A stretch of DNA of 64,000 bases from the human T2T-CHM13v2.0 reference genome, Homo sapiens: NCBI RefSeq assembly GCF_009914755.1, contig NC_060925.1. One strand, written 5' to 3'. Both the position numbers and the translations under genes were made by a program. Below are positions 21,660-35,408 of the stretch, piece by piece. The notes under the pieces were generated by a model that was not told where the DNA came from, ran no database searches, and was given only the letters and a program-made list of their open reading frames with translations. Position 1 is the stretch's first letter. Each line of letters begins with the position of its first letter.

Positions 21660-24374
21660 AAGTGATGGATTTTATTTACTTTCTTATTCACAAAACCTAG
21701 AGAATAATCAATCTTATTTTAAAAATATCTACCTTACATAGTGTTTAAAACACAGTAACATTTGTTGCATAATAATTATAATTATAAAGGAGGGGAAAAA
21801 AACAAGAGCCAGGTGAGCATCTAAAAAACAACTTTATCTAAAATGTTAAAAAAATTATGGAGAAATTATCATATACAAGTCACTGTCCTAAAACCTTTAT
21901 ATGAATTAAATTATATAATCATCACATTGATTATAAGGGGCATATATTATTTCCCCCAGATGAGAGTCTCTATCTAACAGATTAGAATATAAGTCTCAGC
22001 GGAGTAAAGTGACTTGCTCAAGTACATCCAGCTAGCAAACAGTAAGGCCAGGATAAGAAAACAATCTGACTTTAAGGATTGTGCAACAAACAAGATATCA
22101 GCAGTTAACAAAATGTTGGTCTGGAAAAATAAAATAAAATAGCAATTGGTCTGGGAGGAAGCCTGAACTTGAAAGTGACATCTACCCTTGGTTCTGCTGT
22201 ATGAATTTGAACAAATCATATCACTTATCTGAACTTGCTACATAAATAAAGCTGGATTTTTGTGAGTCTATGAAATGTACCCTATTCCATTTTAAAGCTG
22301 TGATGCTAGGGGCAGAATGGATTGCTAAAGAAGATGGTGTGATCTGGCTGCTAGTAACATCACAAATAACAACAGCTCATATGATGGAATGATATTTGGA
22401 ATTAACCACTGTGTCCAATTCTTATTTACCATATCTCCCTTGGTAGGGTAAATAAGAATTACCATTCTTCCTGTATTCCTCATCCCAAAGCAAGTTTTTA
22501 GATCAGAAGCAGAGTACCATATGAGAAATTTTTTGTTGTTCAATTTAAAGATCTATGGTCAAGGTGTTAGGAGCAAGAGATCTGTTCCTTCCCTTGACTA
22601 TCTGAAGGTTCCACAGTAAAGCTGATAATCAGGCAGGCATAGAGTCTACAAAGGGAGAATGCTGACTCATTGGGAGCAAATGTCCTGCAGCTGCTGGTGC
22701 CAGGGAGCAGCACAAGGCCATGGAAGGCCTTTCTGGGATAGCAGATTTTCTGTTTGAGAAAGCACGGTACATCGCTTGGAAAATTAGGTGATCCTTCTCA
22801 CTGTAGCCTGATAAGGATGACCTGCTGACTATATCTAGATCATTGCCCATTGCCCAGCAACATGTCAGTTCCCTGTCTCTCCGTCCCATGGAGAGTTTTC
22901 CACCCATTTTCAATGGTCCAGAGCACTGTTAAGCCTCTGGAATCTGTTGTGGGGCCCTGGACATAGAAGGATGAGTCAACTTGCTAGGGCAAAGGAGAAC
23001 TGGACCAGAGAAACTGAAGCTCTATTAGGAGCTCAGACACCAGTGGGACACATCTCCCACCCTCCTCTTATCTAGCACTCTGTGCACTCATATTATACAC
23101 ATCCCTTGAGATGTATTTGATCCCATTGGGACTCTGGACATACCTCTATCACAGCACTTTTTACTTTGTGTGCTTTCTTCCCATAGAATGTGGGCTACTT
23201 CAGAGAACTATTTGTGTCTTACTTCATGTTGTATCTGTAGAACTCAGTATAGCAACTAGAATAAAGAAGGTGCTGAAAGAAAATAACAAAACTGTAGAAT
23301 GAATGAATAAACTCTAAGGGGAAGGAAGTATTAATAGGATACTCGGTTAACAGATGAGGAAATTGAAGCACAAAGAAGATGTGAATTGCCCCACAGTGGC
23401 TAATTTGAGTCAAAGAATGTCCAGAATCTCAAATATATGATTCCCTTTCCAATACTCATTTTTTTTGACACACTGTTAACTCAGTGAGTTGAGGTCAGTT
23501 AAATCATTCTAATTTATACTCTTATTTTTACTTCACAAGTTTCTCAATTCTGAAGTATGGCAGAATTTGACAAGTTTTTTTTTTAATGATAAGGCTGAAA
23601 CCATAATTTTTAGGCAAGAATTCTGGAAACCAGAGGGAGAAAGCTATTCAACAAAGATGAATAAAAAGATTTAAATAGTTGTTTTTTGCTTTGTTTTGTT
23701 TTGTTTTGTTTTGCCAAGAATGTGCGTAGGTGGCTTGAGGATGGGCACTGGTGAGTGTGGGCAGGCAGGGCTTGTGCACATGCACATGTGTGTGTGGTGT
23801 GTGTGTACCTTGGGTTATTAGAAAAAGAAAGTATGGGGTACGGCGGTTGGTACTTCTATTCTTCCAGGCCCGTGAAAAATCTTTTGATCAAGATAAAGTG
23901 CTCCAGTTATTAGTCCTTGAAGCTCAACAAATAGGCCTCTCCATTCTAATTTTAAATCACAACATGTCTGTTGTGAATCTAGGCTCATGTTCCTGTATCT
24001 GCAGATGCACTTGAGAATTCATTTACCATGTCTTCATGTTTCTAAAAAGGTCTACATTTAAACTCTTCTGGACAGAGGAGAAAAACTATTATGTTAAAGT
24101 ACTTCCAAGGATGAGTCCATGGGAAAAAAATGGTGTCTACAAATTTCTTGTGGCTCAATATCTATAACTATGCCAGGCAATTCTCTTTTATTTGTTAAAA
24201 TGCTGGCTGAAGGCCTGTATAGCAGAAAGTGGCATGGAAGACAGATTGGGGTTTCTCTGGTGTTTGAAGACAATGCTGCACATCCCAGGTCAGTCATTTA
24301 GTTGGCTGTGTTATGACCTTGACCAGGATGTTTCCATTCTTTGAGCCAAAAAATTCATACTTGGATGAAAAAAA

Positions 24375-24610
24375 TAGTAATAATATCTAACATTTATTGG
24401 GTGCTTTCTTGACCTAAACATTATGCTAGCCTTTCTACATCTTATTTAATCCCCATCCCAAGCCTACGAAGTCGTTAAAATCCTCACCATTTTATATATG
24501 AAGAAACTGAAGAGTTTGACTCACTTACCCAAAGTCACATAGTAAGTTACAAGCCCAGGCCTTGCTCCAAGGTCTCTCTGGCTGCAGGATTCTAGTATTT
24601 ATTCTTACCA
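24375..24610 (-). mobile_element. MIR SINE
   Basis: aatatctaacatttattgggtgc...cttatttaatcccc...cattttatatatgaagaaactga...cacttacccaaagtcacatag. Confidence 0.75.
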
Positions 24611-25239
24611 CATTTCAATACTAGTCTAGAATGTCAGACTGCAGACTCTAAGCAACATGTTTAAGTGTGTTGAAGAAAGTGTCCACAGGCATTAAAACAG
24701 GAAAACTGTAATTGGCTATCTGTGTGTTTTTAAAAATTAGATAAATTATTTGAGTGTTAATTCCTTATGTGCGTAACATTTAATGATATCTATCTCATAA
24801 AGCTGAAGGATTAAATGAGAAAATAGGTAAATGCCTAATTTATAATATTTCATAATATATAATTCCTGTGCATATTCTAAGTTCCAAATATTGCATTTTG
24901 GTGTATTTATTTTGGTCACCCTGTCACTAGAACTAGAGAATAAAAGTTGTCCAGGAACTAAGGCCACTGCTTCCAACCTCTTCTCTCCAGCCTTGTCACC
25001 TGTCTGGTACAAACATGAGTTCTCTGTGATTTACTTCCAGAGCCTTTACATATTCAATTTTCTTACCTGTGCATGCAGTTGCATACTTTCACTAAGGAGG
25101 AAGTGCTGTGGAAGAAATGCATTTTGATTGTAAAAACATAAGCCCCAAGACGATGGGCTGGAAAGTAGAGTTATGAGGAAGAAACAAAATTGTCCTTGTT
25201 AATAAACTAAGAAAAATGTTGTGGTTTTCCAGGTTACGT

Positions 25240-25340
25240 AAAAAAGAAAGAAAGAAAAAAGAAAGAGGGAGAGAGAAAGAAAGAGATAAGAAAGAAAGCA
25301 AGAAAGCAAGAAAGAAAAGAAAGAAAGGAAAGAGAAAAAC
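25240..25340. repeat. GA-rich (GAAA)n-like polypurine tract
   Basis: Direct reading. Confidence 0.9.
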
Positions 25341-25759
25341 ATGGAAGGGTTAAGTAAGTGCATGTGAAAAAAATATTCTGTAGAGATAGAGAAAGTCAAA
25401 ATTTTTGAGCTAGAGGCTTAAGAGTGAAATATAGTCAATGAGAAATCCTCATTGTTGGGAAGGGCTGAATGGCTTTAAAAATTGAGATATTTTATTTCAA
25501 TTTAAGATGATGGCACAGACCAAACATTTCTTTTACTACTTATCCCACTTAGATTAAAACACCTAAGTTTGAAAAGGAACAAAGTCATTACAGGAGAGCA
25601 AAATGAAATAAGATATTTCAACAAATTTCTGAGTCAAAAAAATTAAGAGAAGTTTGGTGAATATTGCAAATGGAAATGCTGCTGCTTGCAATATAGTACT
25701 CTGGGAATACAAATGAAGTAGTATCTAGACTGGCCAGGTGATCGCCAAGCATATTTCTA

Positions 25760-26460
25760 CTTCCTGGCATGTTGGAATATTTTGTTTCTCTCGTTTTTGG
25801 TGAGATTGGCTGAGTTCTGGCCAAGAGAGTGTGGGCAGAAGTGAGGTTTGCCACTTTCCAGCCTGGCCCTGAAGCACCCTGAGCAATCCTTCATGGGTTC
25901 TCTTTTTTGCCCACTTTCTAAGTGCAGAAAATCCTGGAGATCCTGGATGTGGAGGAGCCACATGATGGAAGGAGTGTGGATCCAATCACTCTTGGAGAAG
26001 AGCCACTGACTGGAATTGGACTGTGAGGTGAACAGCTATCGATGTTTACTTTGTTTAGCCACTGGGATTTTATAAACAGCTAGTGATATGATTTGGCTCT
26101 GTGTCCCCATCCAAACGTCATCTCAAGTTGTAATCCTCATGTGTCAAGGGAGGGAAGTGATTAGATTATAGGGGTGTTTTCCCCATGCTGTTCTCATAAT
26201 ACTGAGTAAATTCTCACGAGATCTGATGGTTTTATAAATAGTAGTTTTTCCTGCACTAACCCACACTCTCTCTTGCCTGCCACCATGTAAGACATGCCTG
26301 CTTCCTCTTCCGCCATGATTATAAGTTTCCTTAGGCCTCCCAGCCATGCAGAACTGTGAGTCAATTAAACCTCTTTCCTTTATAAATTACCTACTCTTGG
26401 GTAATATCTTTATAGCAGTGTGAGAATGACTAATATAGCTAGCATGGATACTCTAACATA
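25760..26460 (+). mobile_element. Old MaLR LTR (MLT1I/J-like) split by THE1/MST LTR
   Basis: gagttctggccaagagagtgtgggcagaagtgag...ccactttccagcctggccct...ggagccacatgatggaaggagtgtggatcc...tgtttagccactgggatt. Confidence 0.6.
26084..26437 (+). mobile_element. THE1D/MSTA solo LTR with 5-bp TSD GCTAG
   Basis: tgatatgatttggctctgtgtcccca...ctcacgagatctgatggtttt...gaactgtgagtcaattaaacctctttcctttataaattacc...gactaatata; GCTAG at 26079-26083 and 26438-26442. Confidence 0.92.
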
Positions 26461-27109
26461 AAGTGGGAGCCATTCTGTCTATCAGCAGCCCCGAAGGTCT
26501 GGATCATAAGTTAGAAGAGGATGGGAGAGGTGTGGCTGACAATATGGGTATTGTTAAGGTCTTTAAATGGCAGCAGGGAGGAGGAATATGCAGTAAGACA
26601 AACTGCTCCTTGTCCTCCTCCTCCTACTCCTACTCCTTCTGTCTCTGAAAAGAGCATAGACAACTGCATTTCTCACTTTCAAAATGCTAGACAGTACTTC
26701 TCTAAAGAAACAGAGTAGAATGTTAGGAGAAAGCTTTATGCATTGACATCTCAGTACAATGCTGTCCTCATTGAGGTGTTTGCTGTGGTTGGAAGGTAGA
26801 GGGGGTTCTGCAGGCCAAAGCCAGGTTCCACATCATCTGAGAGAGAAGCTGGCCATCTGGTAGCCCTGCACTGCCTCTCAGAATGTCAGTCCAAAAATTC
26901 TGCTCAGCTGAGACACCTAGTCAAGCAGATATAGTTGTAAAATAGCAGAGGAAATGCATATGTGTTCCCTAGGCCTTCCAGTTTAAACCTCAGTGGACAA
27001 TGAGATACCAAAAAGTAAGAAGAACCAGAAAAATGAAAAGGCCAGTCAGAATGAGTAATATGCTAATTAACATATTCGAGTACATTTAAGAAGATTATAC
27101 TTATTTGTC

Positions 27110-27560
27110 ACTGATTTAACAAATATGTAATGAATACCTACTATGTGCTAGGTTCTTCTAGATGGTGAGAATACATTGGTGAAGATACCTGTTTTAGTTT
27201 AATTTTCAATAGATTAAGTATCAAAAAAAAAGAAGCACATACAAAATCATGATAATTTCCTGTAGAGGTAAATTTTCTGGAAAAAAATAAAACAAGATGA
27301 CACAGTTTCGCTGAAAGGGGGCTACAGAGAATAAGGTGATCAGGGAAACTGTTTCTGATTAGGTAGCTGTTGAGATGAGAGTTTAATGATGAGGAGGAGC
27401 CAGCCATGCAAAGATCATGGAACACTATATTTTGGAAGCGGTCAAAGATTGCAGAGTTCATAGAGCAAGAAGGAGCTTTTATGCTCGTGTAGCTGAAGGA
27501 AACAATCGCTCCAGCTAGAGCATGGTAACGGAGTATAAGTTGGAAGAAGGGTATCATTTT
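27110..27560 (-). mobile_element. L2 LINE 3' fragment
   Basis: ttaacaaatatgtaatgaatacctactatgtgctagg...ggtgatcagggaaactgtttctga...gaggagccagccatgcaaagatc. Confidence 0.7.
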
Positions 27561-28058
27561 CAGGCATTCCTCAAAGACCCCAACAGAGTGTGCATCTAGT
27601 CATATTAGAGCATACTAAATAAAATTAACAATTGGTCCCTTATTTATTTTCAGAAAATCTTGGATCAAGAGTGGGAAGAGTCCTCAAGAAAATATCTAGT
27701 TTAACTACCCAACTCACAGATTAAGAAACAGAGGCCCAGGAGGAGGTGTGGAATTGCCTGTGGTTGTCCAGCCTGTTAGGAGGCAGAACTTAAGGGCTTT
27801 GTATACAGTCTAGTGGGCCTCACAGGTCACATACATCCTCCTCTATCTGGCTGCTCCAAACTGTATGAATGCAAACAGCATGAGAATATCTTGTGGTAGT
27901 AATTAAGTCACTAACAGAAATTCTCCAGCTTGGGTACCTAAACCTGGCTAACCATTATTTGAACTAGATAAAAACCAGATACACAAATCCCACTCTAGGA
28001 GATGCTGATTTGGAAGCTTAGGCATTGAGCCCAGAAATCTCTACTTTAAAAAGAGCTC

Positions 28059-28367
<309 letters not shown>

Positions 28368-29761
28368 AAAAAGAGCTCCAGGTGGTTCTTATGATCAGGT
28401 ATGCTAAAATACCAACACAAAATGGATAGAGCCCTGACTGTGAGTTAGAAAATTTAGATTCTCATTCCAGCTCCCCAAGTTACTAACCACATAACTTAAT
28501 GTCTTTAAGCCTATGTTTCCTCATCTCAGTGGTGGGGAAAATGCCAGCTCTGCCTGGCTCGCAGTATTTGCAGGAAAATCATCATCCCCCATTATCACAT
28601 AATTTTGATACAGAGAAAGTTTAGTAAATAATAGTGATGATAACTATGATAAGCATTTATATATAGTATAAAAGTACCTTCTCTTTGATCCTCACTGCCT
28701 TTCCCATTATTCAGATGCACAAAGCTGACTCTGTTGCTAGTGTAAACACCAGTTCTTTACTCTGTTTTCTTTCTATTACATTGTTCTGCCTCTCTTCATA
28801 AGACTTTATCAGCTATTATTTACCTTATTTGTAAATAAAACCTATTCTTCAGAAGTACTCATTTGTCAATGAAGAGACCAGTGGAGGTAACTTTCAGACA
28901 GACAGATACAAGGTATGGGCAGTTATTATTTTACACCGTATTAAAAGATTCAGAATAAAATCTCAGAGGATGCAGGCCCCATGTTTACAATTTGATACTT
29001 TAAAAGGAAATTTGGTTCCTCTTAAAGGGAAATGATTTTAGATGAAGCTCCCTTCCCCTCCCATGCCCTTTTTCAGGTTTCCCTCCAGGATGTATGAAAC
29101 ACTACTTAAGAGCAAAATGTTTCCCCATTGCATCATAGATTCTAGCAAAACCCCAGGCTGGTAAGAGTAGTATAAAGTAAAATCAGCAAGAATGATGCTG
29201 ACCAATCGAGTTCTATTATCCCAACAAAGTGGAAAGTGAAAAGGGTAAAAAAATTAACCTGGCTTTAAATTATGAACGCATCTTAGTCTAAGGCAAAATT
29301 AAAAAAAAAAAAAAGAGTTTTCTTCGCCTATGCCGCCTCCCATCAGATGACAGCAGCTGCTGAAAGCCTGCTCTGAAAAGACATCAGGGGTGAGTCAGAG
29401 GATCCTGATTGATAAGAAATATCTACCATGATTGTTAAGAAATAGCTACCTCCTGAAGGCGAATGTGAAATTAATATGCCAGGGATTTGCCCCCTCCGAA
29501 GTAGGAAGAAGGCTGTGCTGGATCAGAAGAAATCATGTGGGTTCAAAGCTAGATGGTCTTGATTCTTCATTTGGTTCTGACAATTACTATGTTTGTGACC
29601 TTGGACAAAAATACTGTATCTCCTCATTTCCAAATGAGGTATCTAGTGCTATCTCACAATGAAAAGGATTGGCATTTCACTTAGATTTTAGGAATTACTG
29701 GTAACACTGAGTTTTTTATTTAAAGGTCAGTGTGGTTCTGTGGTTTCTTTGGTTTGTTGGT

Positions 29762-30059
29762 ATTATTGTTTTGTTTTGAGACAGGGCCTCACTTTGTCAT
29801 GCAGGCTGGGGTACAATGATGCAATCACGGCTCACAGCAGCCTCAACCTCCTGGGCTCAGGTGATCCTTCCGCCTCAGCCTCCCGAGCAGCTGGGACTAC
29901 AGGCACATGCCACCACGTCCAACTAATTTTTGTATTTCGTGTAGAGACAGGATTTTGCCATGTTGCCCAGGCTGGTCTTGAACTCCTGGATTCAAGCGAT
30001 CTGCCTGCCTCAGCCTCCCAAAGTGTTGGGATTACAAGCATGAGCCACCACACCTGACC
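29762..30059 (-). mobile_element. AluJ
   Basis: gagacagggcctcact...cagcctcaacctcctgggctcagg...gaactcctggattcaagcgatc (J diagnostics). Confidence 0.92.
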
Positions 30060-33000
30060 AAAAGGTTGTTTTTGATTGACTTCTAAGACCTGGCCCTTCA
30101 CCCACTTTAGGACATAGACATTGGGTAAAATGTGAACATGTTCTGGTTTTCTCTCTGTACCATGGAAGTCTGTTTCCATTAATCAGAGCCCATACTTCTT
30201 CAGCCAGTATTGTTCAAGTTGCCTCCTTTAGTAACTTAGAGCTTTTTCGGTGTCCTCTGACCAAAACTTACATAAGATGTCTCTCTCTTGCATAATATAT
30301 TTCACCTTTTCACTTCTGTCTGCTTGAAAAAAAAAACAAATGAAAATATATCACAATAGAGAAAACCTTTAATTAACTTTAGTTCTCTTTTTAAGTAAAT
30401 TAGTTTTGAACTTTGGAGTTTTCATTTCAATTTTTTAACACATCATTGGATTGCATCTTACAAATGCCTTCCCTGCCTTATTCTGACCTATAAGGTACTA
30501 CAGGACATGGTCTTCACCCATCTGTGGTTGCTCCAGCCAGTCTTGCTAGTGAATTGTGTCCTTTGAGTTGTGCACCACAGCAATTCTGTCTCCTGGGCAT
30601 CTAAATAATCTTAACTTTTAGGTTTTAGACATAAATACAGAAAGCTGCCATCAATGACAGAAAGAAAGCATCTCTACAATCACTTGTTGATATTCCTTAT
30701 TTCTGAGTTTGCTAACCTTAATTCTACCTGCCAGCCCTGTGATTATAGCCACAAAAATCATTTAAACTTCTTGTTTTCCAGCTTTCCAAATCTATAGGAC
30801 TCTCTAAAGGGGGGTCAAAAATCACAACCACTCAAATATCTGGGTATCACCCTTTTACATAAAGACCTAAGTGACTGACTGCCATCCCACTTTCCATTTA
30901 CATATTCCCATCTACTCTTTCCCCCATCTAATGGGCTAAAAATCAATATCTATCCTAGGATGTAGGATAGAGAGAATCTTTGTTACAACAATTTCCTTGG
31001 GTAAAAGCTCCTGCAGAAATTGACATTAAAAATATACCCAGTGTATGGCTACTATTCTGCAGGGACTGTAACTCACTCTCAAGTCAATTAGTATGAGGCC
31101 AGGAGGAAAAGGGGTCATCCTAAATCATTTGGCTCCAGGCTTTAACTGGTATAAAGAGCACTAAATTCACACAAACATGGCAGCATTTCTGACAGGCAGG
31201 AAAGTGAGAGTTAACACCCACCTAGTTCCATCCAACTAATAGAGGCTGAATATTAAGGCATTCTGCTATTGCTTTTTTGCTCTTCTTTCAATTTGTGTCA
31301 TTTCTCATTTATTATACATTATTCCTGTGCTTGATCATAATGTCACTGGGGGTCCTCTGTAGCATGCCATATCAATGTGGACTCTGTCTGCTTTCCAGAG
31401 TTCCTTAATGCCTGGCAGTCTTCTCAGACGCAATTCTTCCTTTCAAGTTGGTCCCCCATGTGTGTACCATTAATTTATCTGGCTGCATGTAATTCATTCA
31501 GGGGTTCACACCAGCTGAGAACCACATATGGGAGTCCAGGTTTATGGGGATTTTTTTTTAATTTTGTGCCTTGCCAACCCAGAGGAAACAATTTTCAATT
31601 TGAATTTTGAGTGTTTGCCCTCGTTGTGTAGTCTACTAGAGATGGTTGATTAAGATACCACATTCAACAAGAGACCCATCCGGCAGTGGGTTGAACCAGT
31701 CAAACCCTCTCAGCCTCTGCTGTCCTTGCTTTAAGTATTAGCCTATGCTCCTTGTCCACTCTCTTTTAGACTTCAGCTGCTGGTTATGCATCCTGCTGTC
31801 ATGGGCCCAGCTTGCTGTCTTACCTTTATATTGTCAAAAAAGTTTCCTTTCTCCCAATTTTTCCAACTCTTCCTAGTAACAGTGGGACATAAGACAAGTA
31901 ATTTTCGTTCCCTAAACTTCAGTTTTTTTTCACCCATAAAATAAAAAGGTTGGATTAAGTAAAAACTCTTACATATCTAATATTATCTGATTTCAAATAG
32001 AATTCAAGACCACACTCTGAGCTCATGAAACACATTTCCTGCCCCAAGAGTTTTGAAGAGCAGAAAATGGTGCCTGCAGAATAGAAAGATATCCTGGAGC
32101 TGGGATTAGACACCGCTGCTATGGGTTACCTCCTATTTCTGGCTTCTGCATAATCTGTCTTCTCTCTCCTCAGAACCTTGGCATTCTTCTCTTTATCACA
32201 ATTCATTGCCAGGAGAGGAAAGAATGATGATTGTTTTCAAATGATATGGGGAATGTAAAGCACATTGGGAATAGAATGTCATGCCCAGGATTTCCAAACA
32301 GAGAGGGCTTTTGCAATTATGAGCACAAAGTAGGCAACTCAATGCAGACTGCATGTTTCTGCAGTTGAAATCTCGGCTTTCCTTCTGTCCTGTATTTCCA
32401 TGTGGGACATGCTGAAAACTATATGTCTCCTCTGTTCTAGCACCTTACTAGTTTTTGATTTTCCCCCTGTAAAATAAGATACCAGTTTACAAGACCCTCT
32501 ACAAAATTACAAGTCTGCCTTGGCATTGGAATGGGAGCAACTCCTTCTGTTAAAGGTATTTAACATTCATCATTTATCATGAGTGTGCAGGGTAGTTAGA
32601 AAACCGTGATATACAAGGCTGTGATGTCCCTGGTCTAGAATTAAGAAACTAATTGAGCAAATGTGACCAAGGAGAGCAGCATGCGTAAGGGGTGCAATTA
32701 AAGAAATAATAAGCTAGAGACGTGCTTGAGAAGTAGAACATGGCCATCAAATTGCAAGGGGGTAGAGGGATTAACAGTAAATCAAGATCTTTGGATCAAG
32801 TAAAATGGGGACAATGGAAAGCACAAGCTCCCAGCTCCACAGCAAAGGCAAGACTCACTTCAATTAAGCAAGGTAAGAATTGTGAGTCTAGACACGCCCT
32901 ATTTTGCTTAAGATTCTAATTGAGACCCACATCCTATCTTCAAAGCCACTTTTCCTTTAAAGTTCTCATGTAGGTTAAAATAATTCATTAGACTTTTGTT

Positions 33001-33117
33001 AGTCATTGACCTATAAATGCAGTTACATGGTAATTGCTCCTGGTCCACTTAACTTAATCATTTGATTGTGTCTCTATGCTTCAGAAGATTGCACCTACTG
33101 GGTTATGACTTTTAACA

Positions 33118-33810
33118 TCTTTTAAGAAAAAACACCTTTTGCTGTATAATTTACATGCAATAAACTGCCCATTTTAAAGTATACAACATATATTTATTGA
33201 TGTATGTATACAACTGTGAAACCATCACAGCAATCAAGAGAGTGAATATACCTGCCACCTCCTAAAGTTTCATCATGTCCCTTGGCAATCTTTCCATCCT
33301 GTCCTTCCCTGACCCCCACCTCCAGTAACCCCTGATCTGCTTTCTGTCACTAGCAATTAGTTTACATCTTCTTCTTGCTTATATAAATGGAATCGTATAT
33401 TATGTGTTCTTTCTTTGACTGAATCCTTTCAGCATAATTATTTTGAGATTTATACATGTTGTTGCATGGATTAATAGTCTCTTTTTATATTGCAGAGTAG
33501 CATTTCATTGTGTAGATATATATTATAATTTGTTTATCCTTGTGCCTGTTGATGGGTATTTGAGTTGTTTTCAGTTTGGGGCAATTAAAAATAAAGCTTC
33601 TATGAATACTGCATGCAAGTCTTTGTGTTGATACGTATTTCCTTTTCTCTTGAATAAACATCTAGGAATAGAAAGGCTGAATAATATGGTATATATGGTT
33701 TTTTTTTAGAAACTCAGATTATTTTCCAAACTTGTACAGTTTTACATTCCCAGCAGCAGTGTATGAGCATTCTCATTTTTCTACATCACCAGCACCTGGT
33801 ATCTTTCCAT
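33118..33810 (-). mobile_element. Old L1 (L1ME/MD-type) 3' end
   Basis: gtataatttacatgcaataaactgcccattttaaagtataca...ctgatctgctttctgtcact...gttgtttccagtttgggg-like motifs. Confidence 0.8.
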
Positions 33811-34529
33811 CTTTCTTACTAAAAGAAAATAAAAACTTCAAAGATGTCATCTGTTCACTAGTCAAGTGCCTACTACATGAGAAGGCACAGTGACTCGCCC
33901 ATGTAATTTCTTGTGACAACCCTATGAAACAGGCAGACAAGAAAATCTACCTGCTAAGATCACAGAAAACAAACAAACAAACAGTGGAGCTAGAAACAGG
34001 ATTTGGATCCTCAGTCTCAGTAGTCATCTTTCTATGATGTATTTTGATTGTCAGAATAGCTATGATAGGAGAAAAGGCAAATGCCTTTAAACAGACCACT
34101 TAGATTTGGTTTGAATCCATGGTGAGGGCAAGCCTACAATATGTCAGTTACAATTTTGATGCCAATGTGAATATTATCTTCTTTAAAGCTCATCCTAAGC
34201 TTATGAGACAAGGGCTTTATTTAATTATTCATGTAGATTGGGAAACAGAGGATCAGGGAGATTAAAGGACTTGCTCCCAGTGTTACATAGCTGGTAAGAA
34301 GATGTGTAGGCACATAAATAATTCAAATGTATAGCTCCAGAGTTCTTTTCTGCATTACAGAGTTGGGATTAGTTTACAATTCAGGTTGACTATGTGTTTC
34401 TATATAATCATCTGCTTCATTTCCCCAGGTATAGAATAAAATTGGTAAACATTAAAGCAACTATCAAGCTACTGTATGCCTACCAAATAGGACATGTCAT
34501 TGACCTGGAGAGGGTAAGAGGTTGACAAC

Positions 34530-34997
34530 TCACTAGCCTTGCCCCTCACTAGGCTTTCTGCAGTTTTTTCCTGCCTGGCAGATTCTACTTCCTTCAGAAA
34601 GGTTGAAAATGACAGAAACTTCTTTTTCCAGGATTTCTTGCTGCTGGGACATGACATATAACCCAATATTGACCAACGGGATATGAAGAAAATATATGCT
34701 GATGGCTTTGGAAAAAAAATTATTCTCTTATAAAGAAGAGATACATGAGATGAAATGACTCTCCTATTTGTTGTCTCTGCAAGCACATATGTGGCAGCCA
34801 TTCTGTAATTCTGAGCAGACACATTGCTATCACATGAAGGATGGTGGAGTAGAAAGGTACAAAGCACATTCATGAGCACTGTTGAGCCATTAAATTTACC
34901 AGCCTTGAAGCTGCCCTCCTGCACACTTCTTACAATACGAGATAAATTTTCCTTACCATTTAATCCACTTTTAGTTTGACTTTCTGTGCCATGTACT
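34530..34997 (+). mobile_element. Old MaLR LTR (MLT1J/K-like)
   Basis: ggcagccattctgtaattctgag...cactgttgagccattaaatttaccagccttgaagctgcc...tttaatccacttttagtttgactttctg. Confidence 0.6.
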
Positions 34998-35347
34998 AAA
35001 GCATCTTAATTGATTCAACTTAAAAACGACACGCCAGGCACCAGACTAAGTACCTTCGAATAAGTGATCCCATTTAATCTCCAAGACAAGGTCATGGGAT
35101 AATTATTGCTAAGCTAATTTTGAAGACAAGGAAACAGAAGCTCAGAGAGGTTAGATGATCCACGCAACCTTAAGTAGATAACAAACCAAAGACTGTTTGA
35201 ATCCAAGGTCCATTCATTTTTTAATTATACTATGACAACTCACTGGAGAGAGACTGTGGTATAAATGCAAATTTAATTAGAAGATATATTAACTAGTTAT
35301 GAAGACAGCAACATACTAGCTATTTTATTAAGGTGACACGGTTCAAA

Positions 35348-35408
35348 TATATATTTTATATATATATATATATTTATATTATATATATATATATATATAC
35401 ATATATAT
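35348..35408. repeat. (TA)n microsatellite, interrupted
   Basis: Direct reading. Confidence 0.9.

Noticed and set aside
27141-27557. 138-aa ORF (also 34469..34924, 151 aa)
   Set aside because: They lie within decayed L2 and MLT1 repeats; chance open frames.
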